From positions 44,640,001-44,704,000 of the forward strand of contig OX597831.1 of NCBI GenBank assembly GCA_951406725.2: DNA of 64,000 nt. Direction: 5' to 3'. The translations under genes and the position numbers were made by a program. Each line of letters begins with the position of its first letter. Positions within the stretch are counted from its first letter, which is position 1. The stretch is from Octopus vulgaris. Its lineage: Eukaryota. Below are positions 23,401 to 36,352 of the stretch, piece by piece. The notes under the pieces were generated by a model, which did not search any database, was not told the DNA's origin, and saw nothing but the letters and a program-made list of their open reading frames with translations.

Positions 23401-23404
23401 CAGA

Positions 23405-23583
23405 TGTAGGAGTGACTGTGTAGTAAGTAGCTTGCTTATGAACCATATGGTTCCAGGTTCAGTCCCACTGTGTGGCACCTTGGGCAAGTGTCTTCTACTA
23501 TAGCCTCGGGCCGACCAAAGCCTTGTGAGTGGATTTGGTAGACAGAAACTGAAAGAAGCCCGTCGTATATATATGTGTGTGTG

Positions 23584-23636
<53 letters not shown>

Positions 23637-23855
23637 GTGTGTGTGTATACGTTTATGTGTATGTGTTTGTCCACCCAACATCGCTTGACAACCGATGCCG
23701 GTATGTTTACGTCCCTGTAACTTAGCAGTTCAGCAAAAGAGACTGATAGAATAAGTACTAGGCTTACAAAGAATAAGTCCTGGGGTCAATTTGCTTGACT
23801 AAAGGCGGTGCTCCAGCATGGCCGCAGTCAAATGACTGAAACAAGTAAAAGAGTC
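23405..23855 (+). mobile_element. CORE-type SINE, full length
   Basis: Family head, (TA)n/(TG)n interior and ...ctgaaacaagtaaaaga tail. Confidence 0.85.
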
Positions 23856-24244
23856 AAAGAGCATGATGATGATGATGATGATGATGTATAATCTAAAGAA
23901 ACTAGGGATGATCAGTGCAGGCAAAACTGATTAGTATAAAAGTCTGCAAGATGAAACAGAGCATGACAGCTGAATATGTTGTATAGCGGAGAACTGTATA
24001 GCAATAATGGTGATGATGATGATGAAGAAGACACTGAAAAGAAGGAGGAGGAGGAGGACAACACTGTTTTAACTAATGGTCAGCAGTGTAAATATGCCTG
24101 ACTAATATGTACTGGACAGTTGTAATTATATCTAGGCCACTTAACAGCGAACGAAACTATCAAATTACATCCACGGATGTAATTGAAGCAGTCCAATAAA
24201 GCGACTGGAATAAATGTCAATGATATTCATACATATGCTCCGAC

Positions 24245-24284
<40 letters not shown>

Positions 24285-26464
24285 GTAAAAAAAAGAAAGA
24301 AAGAAAGAAACCAGGACAGGATAAGTTCACAATCAAAATTATCAGATTAATACGCAAAGAAATAGAAAGTGTTGATTATGACACTGGCCATAATTCTTTG
24401 GAATAGGATGTAGAATGGAAAAAATAAGGGAAAAGTGATAAGAAGATATAAACCATGTGTGTTTGTGTGTGTGTGTGTGTGTGTATGCTTGTATGTGTAA
24501 ATAGGTATGTGTGTATGTATGTGTATATGTGTGCATGCATGTTCGTATGTGTGTGTGTGTAGGCATATGTTTGTGTGTGTATGTCTTTTAATGACAGTGT
24601 ATACAGGATTGGTATAGGGTTTGGTATATAACATTAATTTAGTACATATTCTGGTATGTATCGTCCTCTTCACTATCATCATTTAACATCCACATTACGA
24701 TGCTTGCATGGGTCGGAGAGAATTTGTTGAGGCAGATTATTCTCTATGGCCCGATGCTCTTGCTGTCACCAAACCTCACTTGTTTCCAGGTTAAGTAATA
24801 TTTCGCCATGGAAGACAGGAAACAAGCATCGCTTGTATAATGGCGATGCTCATTTACAATCATTGCATGACATCAAGACAAGTGTACATACACACTGTCA
24901 CACAAGCTTCTTTCAGTTTCTATCTGCCAGATCTACTCTCAAGGCCTTGTTCAGCCTGGAGCTCTAGTAGAAGACACTTGCCCAAGGTGCTGCACAGTGG
25001 AACTAAACTCAAAACCCCATGGTTGGGAAGTAGGTTTCTTAACCACACAGCCATACCTGTGCACAATGATAAAAATCCTTTCTGAGTCATATAATCTCAA
25101 AGGGAAGGTTCCCTGATTCCCATGTCATATATACTCCCCACCTGGATGGGACACTGGTCCATCGCAGGGTTACACATTTCTGCCAGCTGAGTGGACTGGA
25201 GCAAAGTGAAATGAAGTGTTTTGCTCAAGAACACAACACGCCACCCAGTCCAGGAATTGAAACCACAATCTTCTGATCATGAGTCCAACACCCTAACTAC
25301 TAAGCTATGCAACTCCAAAGGCTGATCTCAAGACACTGAGCCATATGAGTATATGTACATTTCTATTAATATTTGGCAGAAGCAACAAAGAGACTCAAAG
25401 GCTGAGAGTATAACAAATATATAGATAGATATGTATGTGCATGTATACATACACACACACACACACATATTTATATATAGGAAATAATTGAGTTTTGGTA
25501 GAATTAGGTACTTAAATTGAGGCACCAAGGCAGTTTGGTAAAGTCCACCCAGCTTGAAGTTAGTTTAACAAATACCATTAAGGTTTTTTGCCTCTTTTTG
25601 TTTTCAACCTTAAGCTCCTTTTATTTGATAATCTAAATATATTTGACCACCCCTTCGTTCCTTAATCTAGTTAACATCTCCCTCTGCTTCTGTCATTCTC
25701 TTATTTTTTATGTAGATAAGACTAGACTTTTGGTCCTAATAAAATAAGGGCTGGGGTGGGGGAACATATATATATATATATATATATATACAAAATAAGA
25801 AAATGGAGGAATAGATTTCTTTCAATCATCTGTCTACCAAATCCACTCACAATGCTTAGGTCGGTCCAAGGGTATAATAGAAGACACTTGTCCAAGGTGC
25901 CATGCAGTGGGACTGAACCTGGAATTATATGGTTGGGAAGCAAAATTCTTACCACAAAGTTATGTCTGTGTCTATGAACATATTCATAATATCATATACA
26001 TACAGTCACTGCTAGTAGGCTGAATGGCCGCATACAAACTCTGATGCAATCTATTCATCTACCTATCTATCTTTCCATCACACTCACTCTATTTTACTAT
26101 TTCACTCCTTACCTCATTACCTACAACACCCAATCCCTTCCACCTTTCTTGCTCTCTCTCTCTCTCTCTCTCTCCTTATCTACCTACCGATCTATCTTAT
26201 CATTTGACCTACTATATTTTATGGCATATTAAATGCACCAGGGACAAAAAGTATTTGGTGCTTTAAAGCCTGTATTATAAAGGCAACTTAGCATACAAAA
26301 CTCAAGGTGATCTTTTTTGGAACATCATTTTCAGAAAAAGGTGAGCCCCATATGCCATCATATATGACACTTGGAGTGCAAATGATTGCATTGTATCTGC
26401 AAGGAATTACCCAAAGAAGTTGGTATATTAACAGTACTGATGTATATACATACACACAAATGGA

Positions 26465-26812
26465 AATTGGAAATTGTAGTTGTGATACCTGTGCCGGTGG
26501 CACATAATAAGCATCATCCGAACGTGGCCGATGCCAGCGCCGCTTTGACTGGCTTCCGTGCCGATGGGGCATAAAAAGCACCAACCAATCGTGTCTGTTG
26601 CTTGCCTCCCCTGGCCCCTGTGCCGGTGGCATGTAAAAAGCACCCACTACACTCACAGAGTGGTTGGCATTAGGAAGGGCATCCAGCTGTACAAACACTG
26701 CCAGATCAGACTGGAGCCTGGTGCAGCCGCCTGGCTTCCCAGACCCCGGTCGAACTGTCCGGCTCATGCTAGCATGGAAAATGGACGTTAAACGATGATG
26801 ATGATGATGATG
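26465..26812 (+). repeat. RTE 3'-tail repeat
   Basis: gtgccggtggcac...ggttggcattaggaagggcatccagc...acccatgctagcatggaaa...(gat)n. Many copies, e.g. 27310-27790, 31278-31521, 35412-35650, 38385-38925, 48920-49275, 59685-60035. Confidence 0.85.
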
Positions 26813-28101
26813 ATATATATATATATATATATATATATCATCATCATTTAACGTCTGTTTTCCATACTGGCATGGGTTTGACAGTTTGACATAGAGCTGG
26901 CCATGTTCCGACTGTATGTTGTGGCATGGTATATATATATATCAAATAATATTTGTTTTTATGTTCAGCTATATAAAAACGATTTTACATTAATCTGATG
27001 GGTTACTCTATACTTTTGTAGAATACAAATTTACTATTCTTACTTACACAAGAATGTTCTTGACAGTGACTGTGAATTTTTGGCCAGGGCCACCTAAACC
27101 ATCATTCGATGATGGCTTAGCTAACCGAAACTTCTAAGTCAGTGACAACAACACTGTTCTACAATATATATCAGTGCTCCGCAACCGGTATGTTGTGGCA
27201 CACTGATGATGCTAGGTGTGCCGCAGTGCACATAATTTGTGAATATAATTTTTTTCCTCTTGAATTATATTTTTACTTCAGGTGTGATATATATATATAT
27301 GTAAATATCAAAATTGAAATCGAAATTGATCAACATCAATGCAAATTGTAGCTGTGATACCAGTGCCAGTGGCACATAAGCGAATCATTCGAACGTGGCC
27401 GTTGCCAGAGTGCCAGTGGCACGTAAGCGAACCATCCGAACGTGGCCGTTGCCAGCGCCGCTCCGACGGGCCTCTGTGCCGGTGGCATGTAAAAAGCACC
27501 ATCCGATCATGGCTGTTGCCAGCCTCGCCAGGCCCCCATGCCGGTGGCACGTAAAAAGCACCATCCGACCGTGGCCGTTTGCCAGCCCCGTCTGGCACCT
27601 GTGCCGTTGGCATGCAAAAAGCACCCACTACACTCACGGAGTGGTTGGCGTTAGGAAGGGCATCCAGCCATAGAAACATTGTCAGATCAGACTGGGCCTG
27701 GTGCAGCCTTCTAGCTTCCCAGACCCCAGTTGAACCGGCCAACCCATGCTAGCATGGAAAGCGGACGCTAAATAATGATGATGATGATGATATATATACA
27801 TAAACAATAATGTTTGGTTTATGTTGTTGACAGTGACTTGGAACATTCAGCCAGCTAAGCCATCATTGGACAGTCTACAGTGAACACTGACACACACAAC
27901 AATGCTTGCACCATTATGATGACATTAAGGGGAGGGGTGGAAGTCAACATAGAAAATAAATAATTTTAATTCAGTACACAGATGTGCTTCTATATTTGAT
28001 TGAGTGTTTGAATGACTGATTAACTGACTGACAAACAGACAGATAAAAAACAATACATGTACATACACAATGCTGAACAACCATACAACACTATACATAC
28101 A

Positions 28102-28146
<45 letters not shown>

Positions 28147-28148
<2 letters not shown>

Positions 28149-28968
28149 GTAATACCTTGATACACAAGTTAATTTGTTCCCAGCGACCATTTGTAAAGCG
28201 AAAACTCCTAAAGTAGAGCAATAATTTCACATAGTAGCAATGTTATAAATCATAATTCATTCCCAGGAAAATAATTTTACCTATATTTATAATATTTGTA
28301 AATAAATGGCAATAAAACAACAGTAGAATGTATTTTATGTGAAGTAAAAAGAATGTCAAGATCATTTATGATAAAAAATATTATTATTCCTGAATCACTT
28401 TCACTCACACTAGACTTGCGCACTTCATCACTTTTAGATGTGATTGCCAAATCACAAGCACTCATAAATGGACTTGTAGATTTCTTTTTAAAAAGCAAGT
28501 CTAGAATTGTTTACTTAGAAGAAGCTTTTTTTCGCTCTCTATAAATTTCTTAGTAACATGCAGAAGCATTTGTTACGGTAGTAGAAACTTTTGCACCTTA
28601 AGGCAGTGAGCTGGCAGAAACATTAGCATGCTTGGCGAAATGCTTAGTGGTATTTCGTCTGCTGTTACATTCTGAGTTCAAATTCCGCCGGGGTCAATTT
28701 TACCGTTCATCCTTTTGGGGTCAATAAATTAAGTACCAGTTACACACTGGGGTCGATGTAATCAACTTAATCCCTTTGTCTGTCCTTGTTTGTCCCCTCT
28801 ATGGACAATAGAGGGGGCAATAAAGAAATAAGAAACTTTTGCACCTTGTTCAAAATTTGGATCTTGTGCTTGAAAAATTTCAGCTCACCATACAAAAGTG
28901 AGCTGAAAAATAAAACTTGTAAACCCAGGGTCTCATAAAGCAGGTCCTCATAACGTGAGGTATTACTC
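28147..28968 (-). mobile_element. Internally deleted Tigger/pogo element with a SINE insertion (28600-28830)
   Basis: TIR-like ends cagtaatacct / aggtattact. The minus strand encodes FQAQDPNFEQGAKVS..TTVTNASACY.EIYRERKK...TILDLLFKK (Tigger C-terminus). The SINE has a 17-bp TSD agaaacttttgcacctt at 28583-28599 and 28831-28847. Confidence 0.75.
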
Positions 28969-29529
28969 TCTATATATATACAGTCATACGCAGTGCATTC
29001 TCAAAAGTATGCACATACAGACTCTGTCTCTCGCACATGCATAATCACCGGTCTACACACACACACAGTGCTTATTATATTTACACAAATAGACAGATAC
29101 AAGACTTATCCTAACGCTAAAATGTAGAACAGTTATAGAAATCAATAAAGAAAGAGAGTTGAAAACAATCTGGGAACAATCAATACATGATATAATATGA
29201 ATGTGTCATTTAATTTTTCTTTTTTTCTTTCTTTTTCCCTCCTTTGCCTTCAACTCAGTTAACTCTGCCAAGTAGGTCCTTTGTTTCTGAATGTGATGGT
29301 TTAAGTCTGTTTATCCCGCCTCACTTGCAGAAGCGACTATCTCTATTGCTTTCACAAATGTGAGAGAGAGAGGGGGGGAAGGAGAGAGGGAGAGAGAAGT
29401 AGAGGGAGAGAGAGAATCAGAGATATGGGGTTGTAAAAGAACATAACTTTCTATATTCTTGTTTGCAAATGAATCTATTCAATTGAAACAGAAAGCAAAA
29501 AAAAAAAAAAATGAATATTTTAGGTTAAT

Positions 29530-29770
29530 TGATACATATATGCATACATACATACATACACACATACATATATACATGCATACACACACACACATATATA
29601 CACAAACACACATACATATATACACAAACACACATATATACATGTATACACAAACACACATATATACATACATATATACATACATATATACACATATATA
29701 CATACATACATATATATATACATGTATCAGTTCATGCATGCATACATGCACACTCACACACACATATATA
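29530..29770. repeat. Compound (CA)/(TA) microsatellite
   Basis: Directly visible; similar tracts at 24245-24580 and 52750-52980. Confidence 0.95.
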
Positions 29771-30765
29771 TGACTGTACGTATGTTGTGGTTTACGGGCA
29801 TGAAGCATAAAAGTGCATGCACAATATTCACTTGTATCTAGTTTGTTTGATGTCTGTGTCTTTAATATAGGTAAGTGTATAATTAACTCCATACACCATT
29901 TCTAAAAATGCTTTAAATCCAGCAAGGATCACTAACATCCACTTAGATGCAAGCTTCCATATCATTTGATTTAATTATATAATGGCTTACACATAAATAC
30001 ATATAGTTTTTTACAACTTAGTCAGGAGGCAAGGAATAGTGCTTGTGACCTTCACAGGCTCTCCGAGACTAGTCAGATCGATGCAATTTATATTCAGCTT
30101 AAAACATCTGTGAAGTCGATGTCTGATTGCAAATATGCTTGTAAGGAGGAAATTCCAGAAGCATGACGCTTTAAGAATGGAAAGAATTGATGTAGTGCTT
30201 GGTGCTAAGGGAAGAGACTGGGGTGAGGTGCAGTGGGGAGGGTGAAGTAGTGTACTAGGTGAGCTCCAGTGGAAATGGTATGCAATGAGCTACTGCAGAA
30301 GAACAATGGCCTTTGTAGTAGTGACGGAACAGGCAGAAAGAGGAGCTAATGCATCTGTGGGCCAGAGGTGTTGATTGTTGGTTGCTGAATGACTCTTTCC
30401 AAATTGGTTGGATGGCCTTCTGCCCGGTACAGTCTAAAATGTTTCGTAAGCACATCATACACATATGTACACACAGACACACACACACACAAATTTTAAA
30501 GAGGGTTGCTGTATAAGGCTAGAAGAGTGTAAGAAGGTACAAATTAAACTAGAAAAGGAAAAGAAAACTGTTTTGTTTTTTGTTTTTTTCCTTTTGTAGT
30601 TACCTTTCTGTAAAGTTGCAGTTTTACCTTGTATTTCTATATTTCGGGGTAAAGGCCCCTCCTCCAGGACATTTTAAAAAGCGGAAGTTGGAAAAGGTCA
30701 TTGCTCCTGGCCTTACACAACAACATTCCTTAAAGTTATACTACACAATGATCTACCAAAAGTAC

Positions 30766-30803
<38 letters not shown>

Positions 30804-30807
<4 letters not shown>

Positions 30808-31279
30808 TGTCTACTCTTTTAACCCCCCTCTTCAATACGCAATTTCACCATGCATTACCCCTCTCTCGATATCCTACGTTCTACTTGCCTAGAACCTGTC
30901 CTCTGAACCACCCCTCCCACTGGTGCTCCCCTATATTTCTGCACCCCCCACCACCATTATAGGTGTCTACTCTTTGAACCCCCTCTTCAATACGCTATTC
31001 ACCATGCATTACCCCTCTCTCGATATCCTACGTTCTACTTGCCTAGAACCTGTCCTCTGAACCACCCCTCCCACTGGTGCCCACCCCTCCCACTGGTGCT
31101 CCCCTATATTTCTGCACCCCCCACCACCATTATAGGTGTCTACTCTTTGAACCCCCTCTTCAATACGCTATTTCACCATGCATTACCCCTCTCTCGATAT
31201 CCTACGTTCTACTTGCCTAGAACCTGTCCCCTGAACCACCCCTCCCACTGGTGCTCCCCTATATTTCTGCACCCCCCCC
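30804..31279. repeat. Young three-copy tandem repeat, ~156-bp unit
   Basis: taggtgtctactcttt starts at 30804, 30960 and 31133; copy 2 has an internal duplication of ccacccctcccactggtgc. Confidence 0.9.
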
Positions 31280-32174
31280 ATAAAAAGCACCATCCGAACG
31301 TGGCCGATGCCAGACCCCTCTGGCACCTGTGCAGGTGGCACGTAAAAAACACCCACTACACTCGCGGAGTGGTTGGCGTTAGGAAGGGCATCCAGCTGTA
31401 GAAACACTGCCAGACTAGACTGGAGCCTGGGGCAGTCCCGAGCTCCCCAGACCCCGGTCGAAACCGTCCAACCCGTGCTAGCGCGGAAAACGGACGTTAA
31501 ACGATGATGATGATGATGATGATATATATATATATATACACACAAGCAAAATGCCCCCCATCCAATGGACGATGCTGAATCATATCTGCTGAATAAAAAG
31601 CAATCAGTGTTTTCTTTTCATTAAAAAATAATTAAGCATGCCTTTATTTCAATAAAATTTTTGGTTTTGTTAAACGAAGTTAAGGCAAAAGAAAAAGAAC
31701 TTGTTGAGAAACCAAACAGTCTTTCCTTCCTTTAAGCCAAGTTTGAAGAAAATATCTTTTGCATCTTACTTTTTTGGTTTCTTAAAATATACTGCACATT
31801 TTGTGGCATTATTTCAAGCCAGTCAGCTTTTTTTGTGCTAAACTGCACGTGCATTTTTCTCGTGCACGCGTAGTATTGATCGTAACAGCTGATGTACTTG
31901 TGCATACAAATGCACGTTGCCATGGCTTTATCGATCGCATTCTCACCTGGAATCGATTTTTGTAATTTTTTCAAGACTTATACAGGCCTTGATACTGTCA
32001 GTATCTACATATCAAATTTGAGCACAATTGGATGGAGGATGCCTGAGATCCTGGAAGACACACACACAGACAGACAGAACGAATTTTATATAATATATAT
32101 ATACATGAAGAAAATAAGAAAATGGAGATATACCATTTAATAAAAATTTATTATCTGCAAAAATCAAACATAGT

Positions 32175-32258
32175 CTCTTACAGCTGTTTCAATTAAACCT
32201 AAACAGATTAAATAGCAATTATTAAAATCATTATATTAGGCAAAATCTCTTCAGAGGG
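32175..32258 (-). ncRNA. Minimal type-I hammerhead ribozyme motif (PLE-associated)
   Basis: Minus strand: CCCU-CUGAAGA-GAUU..CCUAA...UUAGG..AAUU-GAAA-CAGCUG-UA^AGAG, with the palindrome ACAGCUGU. Confidence 0.65.
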
Positions 32259-33170
32259 GTAGAAAAAAGATATACAGTTAGGTTTTTATGTGTTGTATTT
32301 TAGAAACATCACAGCTGACTGAATATTATTTTATGGCTAACTAGCAGAGATACCCAGCATTGGCTGTGTCACATGGAATTAGACTTTTCTTTTATATTTT
32401 CTCTAATGAACTGGAATACCTACAATTCGAATTTCATCAAAATTGGAGATTAAGAATTTTAATTAGGGTTCTTTCCCTCTTTATACACCCTAAAAAAATT
32501 CTAATCATGACATATTTATCCCATACTACTCATCTCTGTACCCAGATTCCAAAATCCGAATTTTATAAAACCTATTCAAAGGATTTTGCTCTTGAAAAAT
32601 GGAGCACACGGAGCTCTAAAATGTGGGAGTTAAGGCTCCTATTGGGCAGGGGGTGTCTTAAAGTCAACCAGAGAAGTTGAATTGTTAATTATATCTATTG
32701 TTGAAATTTCTTTGAAATCAGAAATATATGAATGTTCACTGGGTTTGTAAAAGAGAGCAAAGCTACAGGAAACCAAAAGATGAATGATCACAATAAGCAG
32801 TCAGCTACCCTACTCTAGTCGTTACCACTCCCCAATGTAAGATTCCTCATCATAAAGGTGACCAGCACAGCCGTAAGATGCATTACGGATCTATAGCTAT
32901 TGGAAGGGTGTGACTCAACCCAAATAAACATTAACAACTGTGTGACGTGAGGGCTAAAGAAATGAAAGTGTCATCTCTAGAGTTTGCCAATGATCACTAT
33001 GCCGATAGGCAACTGAACAGAATAAATTTGCAATCTATAAATCTCTTTGAATGACCAATCACTTATCTGGAAAGGCCTTGAAATCAATGTTACCATCTGG
33101 GGGTTATCTCTGACCCAGTGATAATAAAAAGACTCAAAGGAGGTCTGCAACCAAATAACTTTACTCAAAA

Positions 33171-33564
33171 CTAGCAGTATCGCCTGGCGTTGCTCGGGCT
33201 TGTTTCGACCCTTTAGAATTGGAATTTTTGAAAAGTAAAAATTTTGCATTATGTAGCTTGTTATTCTCTTTAAGTGAACATTTTTCTGGTTGAAATACAC
33301 CGTAAAATGGCAACACAGCAGTCAAAACATCGTAAAAAAATAGGGATTTTCATAGAATAAAAAGCACCTTTTTGATGTAAATAATTTTTGGTGTTAACAT
33401 GGTCCAATTTGAATTTTTTCTTCTTCGGAAGGAAGAGCAAGCCTTTTTCTAACATACTCTCAATTTTGGTCAACTTGCTCCGCAGGGTCTCGGAGGAGAT
33501 AGTGTTAGTTGAAGGCTGCCAAACCTGCCATACACAGACAACTTCAGCTTAATATATAGAGAGA
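33171..33564 (-). mobile_element. Non-autonomous Helitron
   Basis: On the minus strand it begins TC and ends with a GC hairpin (gcccgagcaacgccaggc) plus CTAG. Same family as 60704-61100. Confidence 0.8.
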
Positions 33565-34374
33565 TAACACTTTGCAACTGAATCAGGGGAGGTAAAAATG
33601 CCTCTCCTTTACTTGATAATTTATGCACCACATTGCAGAAATCACAATCTAAATATATCTCAAAGCAAACTCTTACACTGTTGTACCATTGAATTACAAA
33701 CAATACTCATCTTGTATGCTCGGGTGACTCACAGCTTCCAAGACCACAATTGTATTTGTCTTGGCTAAGGAAAAATGACTAAATTGTGGGTGTTAGGCCC
33801 CATTAAGAAGTTGAAATTTTAGGAATATTACTTCATTTGTGTCTAATATCTATGGTTAAAATTTCATCAACAGCAAAAATATATGAATTTTCATGGGGGT
33901 TATGGCCTCATTAATGAACCCCACTTACTTTCAAACATAAACTGCCCTTATGCATAAAATATAATTTCCAAATTTCATAAAGATCTATTCAGTACTTTTC
34001 ATCTAGTTTTGGATCATAAAAAATGACTAAAATTTGTGAGTTAAGGCTCCCATTAGGAGGTCTTAGAACCCTCATGAGAAGCGGAAACTTTGGGGATACT
34101 TCTTGATGAATGTCAATTATTTGTGGTTGAAATTTCATCAACATTGGAAATTAATGAATTTTCATAGGGGTTCTGCCCCCTTTAAGAAGGGCATTCAACC
34201 TTGGACCTATTGGATCCTGTCAAACTATCCAGCCTGAATGTTAAATAATGATGATACTTTCACATAAATATACACATGTAACTGCATGTACACAATCATC
34301 AATGAGTATGGTTGTGTACTAAATTATAAAAACTGAAAGTATAGTTTCAAACAACATGAAACAGAGGTTCCTCC

Positions 34375-35040
34375 TCATCATCATTTAACGTCCATTGTCC
34401 ATGCTGGCATGGGTTGGACGGTTTGACCAGTGCTGGTAAACTGGAAGGCTGCACCGGGCTCCATACTCCAGTTTTCTATTGCTGGATGCCCTTCCTAACA
34501 CCCACCACTCCGAGAGTGTAATGGATGTTTTTATGTGCCACCAGCACAAGTGCCATTTGCGTAACACCAGTATCTGTCACGACTGCAGTTTTGCTTGGCT
34601 TGATGGGTCTTCTCAAACAAGACATAATGCCAAAAGTCTCAGTCATTGCCCCATGAGGCCCAGCACTCGAAAGGAACTCAGCCACTTTGCCTCCATGAGG
34701 CCCAACGCTTGAACGGTGCTCTTTATGTGCCACTAGTATGGATGCCAGTTACGTGATACCAGTATTAGCCATGACTATGATTTCACTTTATCTGACAGGT
34801 CTTCTCAAGCACAGCATATCGCCAAAGGTCTCAATCACTAGTCATTGCCTCTGTGAGGCTCAAAGTTCAAAGAACATGCTTCACCATTTCACCCCATGTC
34901 TTCTTGGGTCTACCTCTACCATAGGTTCTCTCCACAGCTAGAGTTCAGCACTTCTTTACACAGCTGTCCTCGTCCATACGCATCACATGACCATACCAAT
35001 ACAGTCGTCTCTCTTACACATCACATCTGATGTCTATTAT
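34375..35040 (-). mobile_element. RTE LINE 3' end plus tail
   Basis: Reverse-complement similarity to 51530-52352. Confidence 0.75.
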
Positions 35041-35379
35041 GCCATAAGTCATACAGCCAGCAAAACACTGAGGTTACTGTCAATAAAATTATGATTAATT
35101 TTAGACTCAACATTTGTATTCAGTCGCATATATATATTCAGTCACTGTTCACTGTTTTTAAGCATATTTTTTTATCTTTAACCCTAACCCCATGGAATGG
35201 GGCTATGCTGGGGCACTGCCTTGAAGGTCAAACAAATTGAACTTGGTGTGTTTTATTTCCTTTTTCAAGCCTGGTACTTATTCTACTAGTCTCTTTTGTC
35301 AAACTGATAGCTTACAAGGACATAAACTAACAAAGGGTGTCAAGCAACGGTGGGAACAAATATAACAATGATACACATT

Positions 35380-35410
<31 letters not shown>

Positions 35411-36002
35411 TCATCATCGTTTAACGTCCGCTTTCCATGCTAGCATGGGTTGGACGATTTGACTGAGGTCTGGCAAACCAGATGGCTGCACAAGACTCCA
35501 AGCTGATCTGGCAGAGTTTCTACAGCTGGATGCCCTTCCTAATGCCAACCACTCCAAGAGTGTAGTGGGTGCTTTTACGTGCCACCGGCACGAGGGCCAG
35601 TCAGGCGGTACTGGCAACGGCCTCACTCAAATGGTGCTTTTTATGTGCCACACACACGCTAGCATCAAAGAGTGAAAATTAGTGTTCAAATACTGCATTG
35701 GTAGATAAATAGTCTATGACAGGCTTCTTTCAGTTTCCATCTACCAAATCCACTCACAAATCTTCAATCAACCCGGGGCTATAGCAAGAAGACACTTGCC
35801 CAAGGTAACACACAGTGGGAATGAACCCAAGACCAAATGGTTAAGAAACAAACTTCTCAAGCACACAGCCACAACTGCACCTATATAAGAATACTTTTGA
35901 CATTTTCTTTTACTTGCTAGGTCCATAGTAAGGGGCAGGCCCATGATCTTAAAAGGTTCTCTGAGACTGGTGAGTCTGATGCCAGTGATACTTCATTTAA
36001 AC

Positions 36003-36352
36003 TAAGGCTTCTTAACGGGAGTTCATACAGCCCCTAAAGGTCCATATAAGATTTTGGGGAACCACAACAGAATAGTAAATTGGGGATCTACAATAGTATT
36101 TTAAGAGTCCTTGAAAACATTTTGCTTTAGATGTATGAAATGGTATGTATTGCAAGAAATAACTAGGTTTCTTTCTCTAACATTTTTTGTAGTTCATCCT
36201 AAACAAGTTAATGTGAGAAAAACAAAATAGGAATTTTGAAAGAAGTTTCTATAAAACTAGTTTTTAAACATTGAATGGCTATGGGGGTCCACCAGAATAA
36301 AATAGTAATCAAAGGGGTCTATAGATAAAAAAAAAATGGTTGAGAACCCCTA
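36003..36352. mobile_element. hAT-like MITE
   Basis: Right end ggttgagaacccct is a typical hAT-like TIR; the left end aggcttcttaac is degenerate. Confidence 0.5.
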
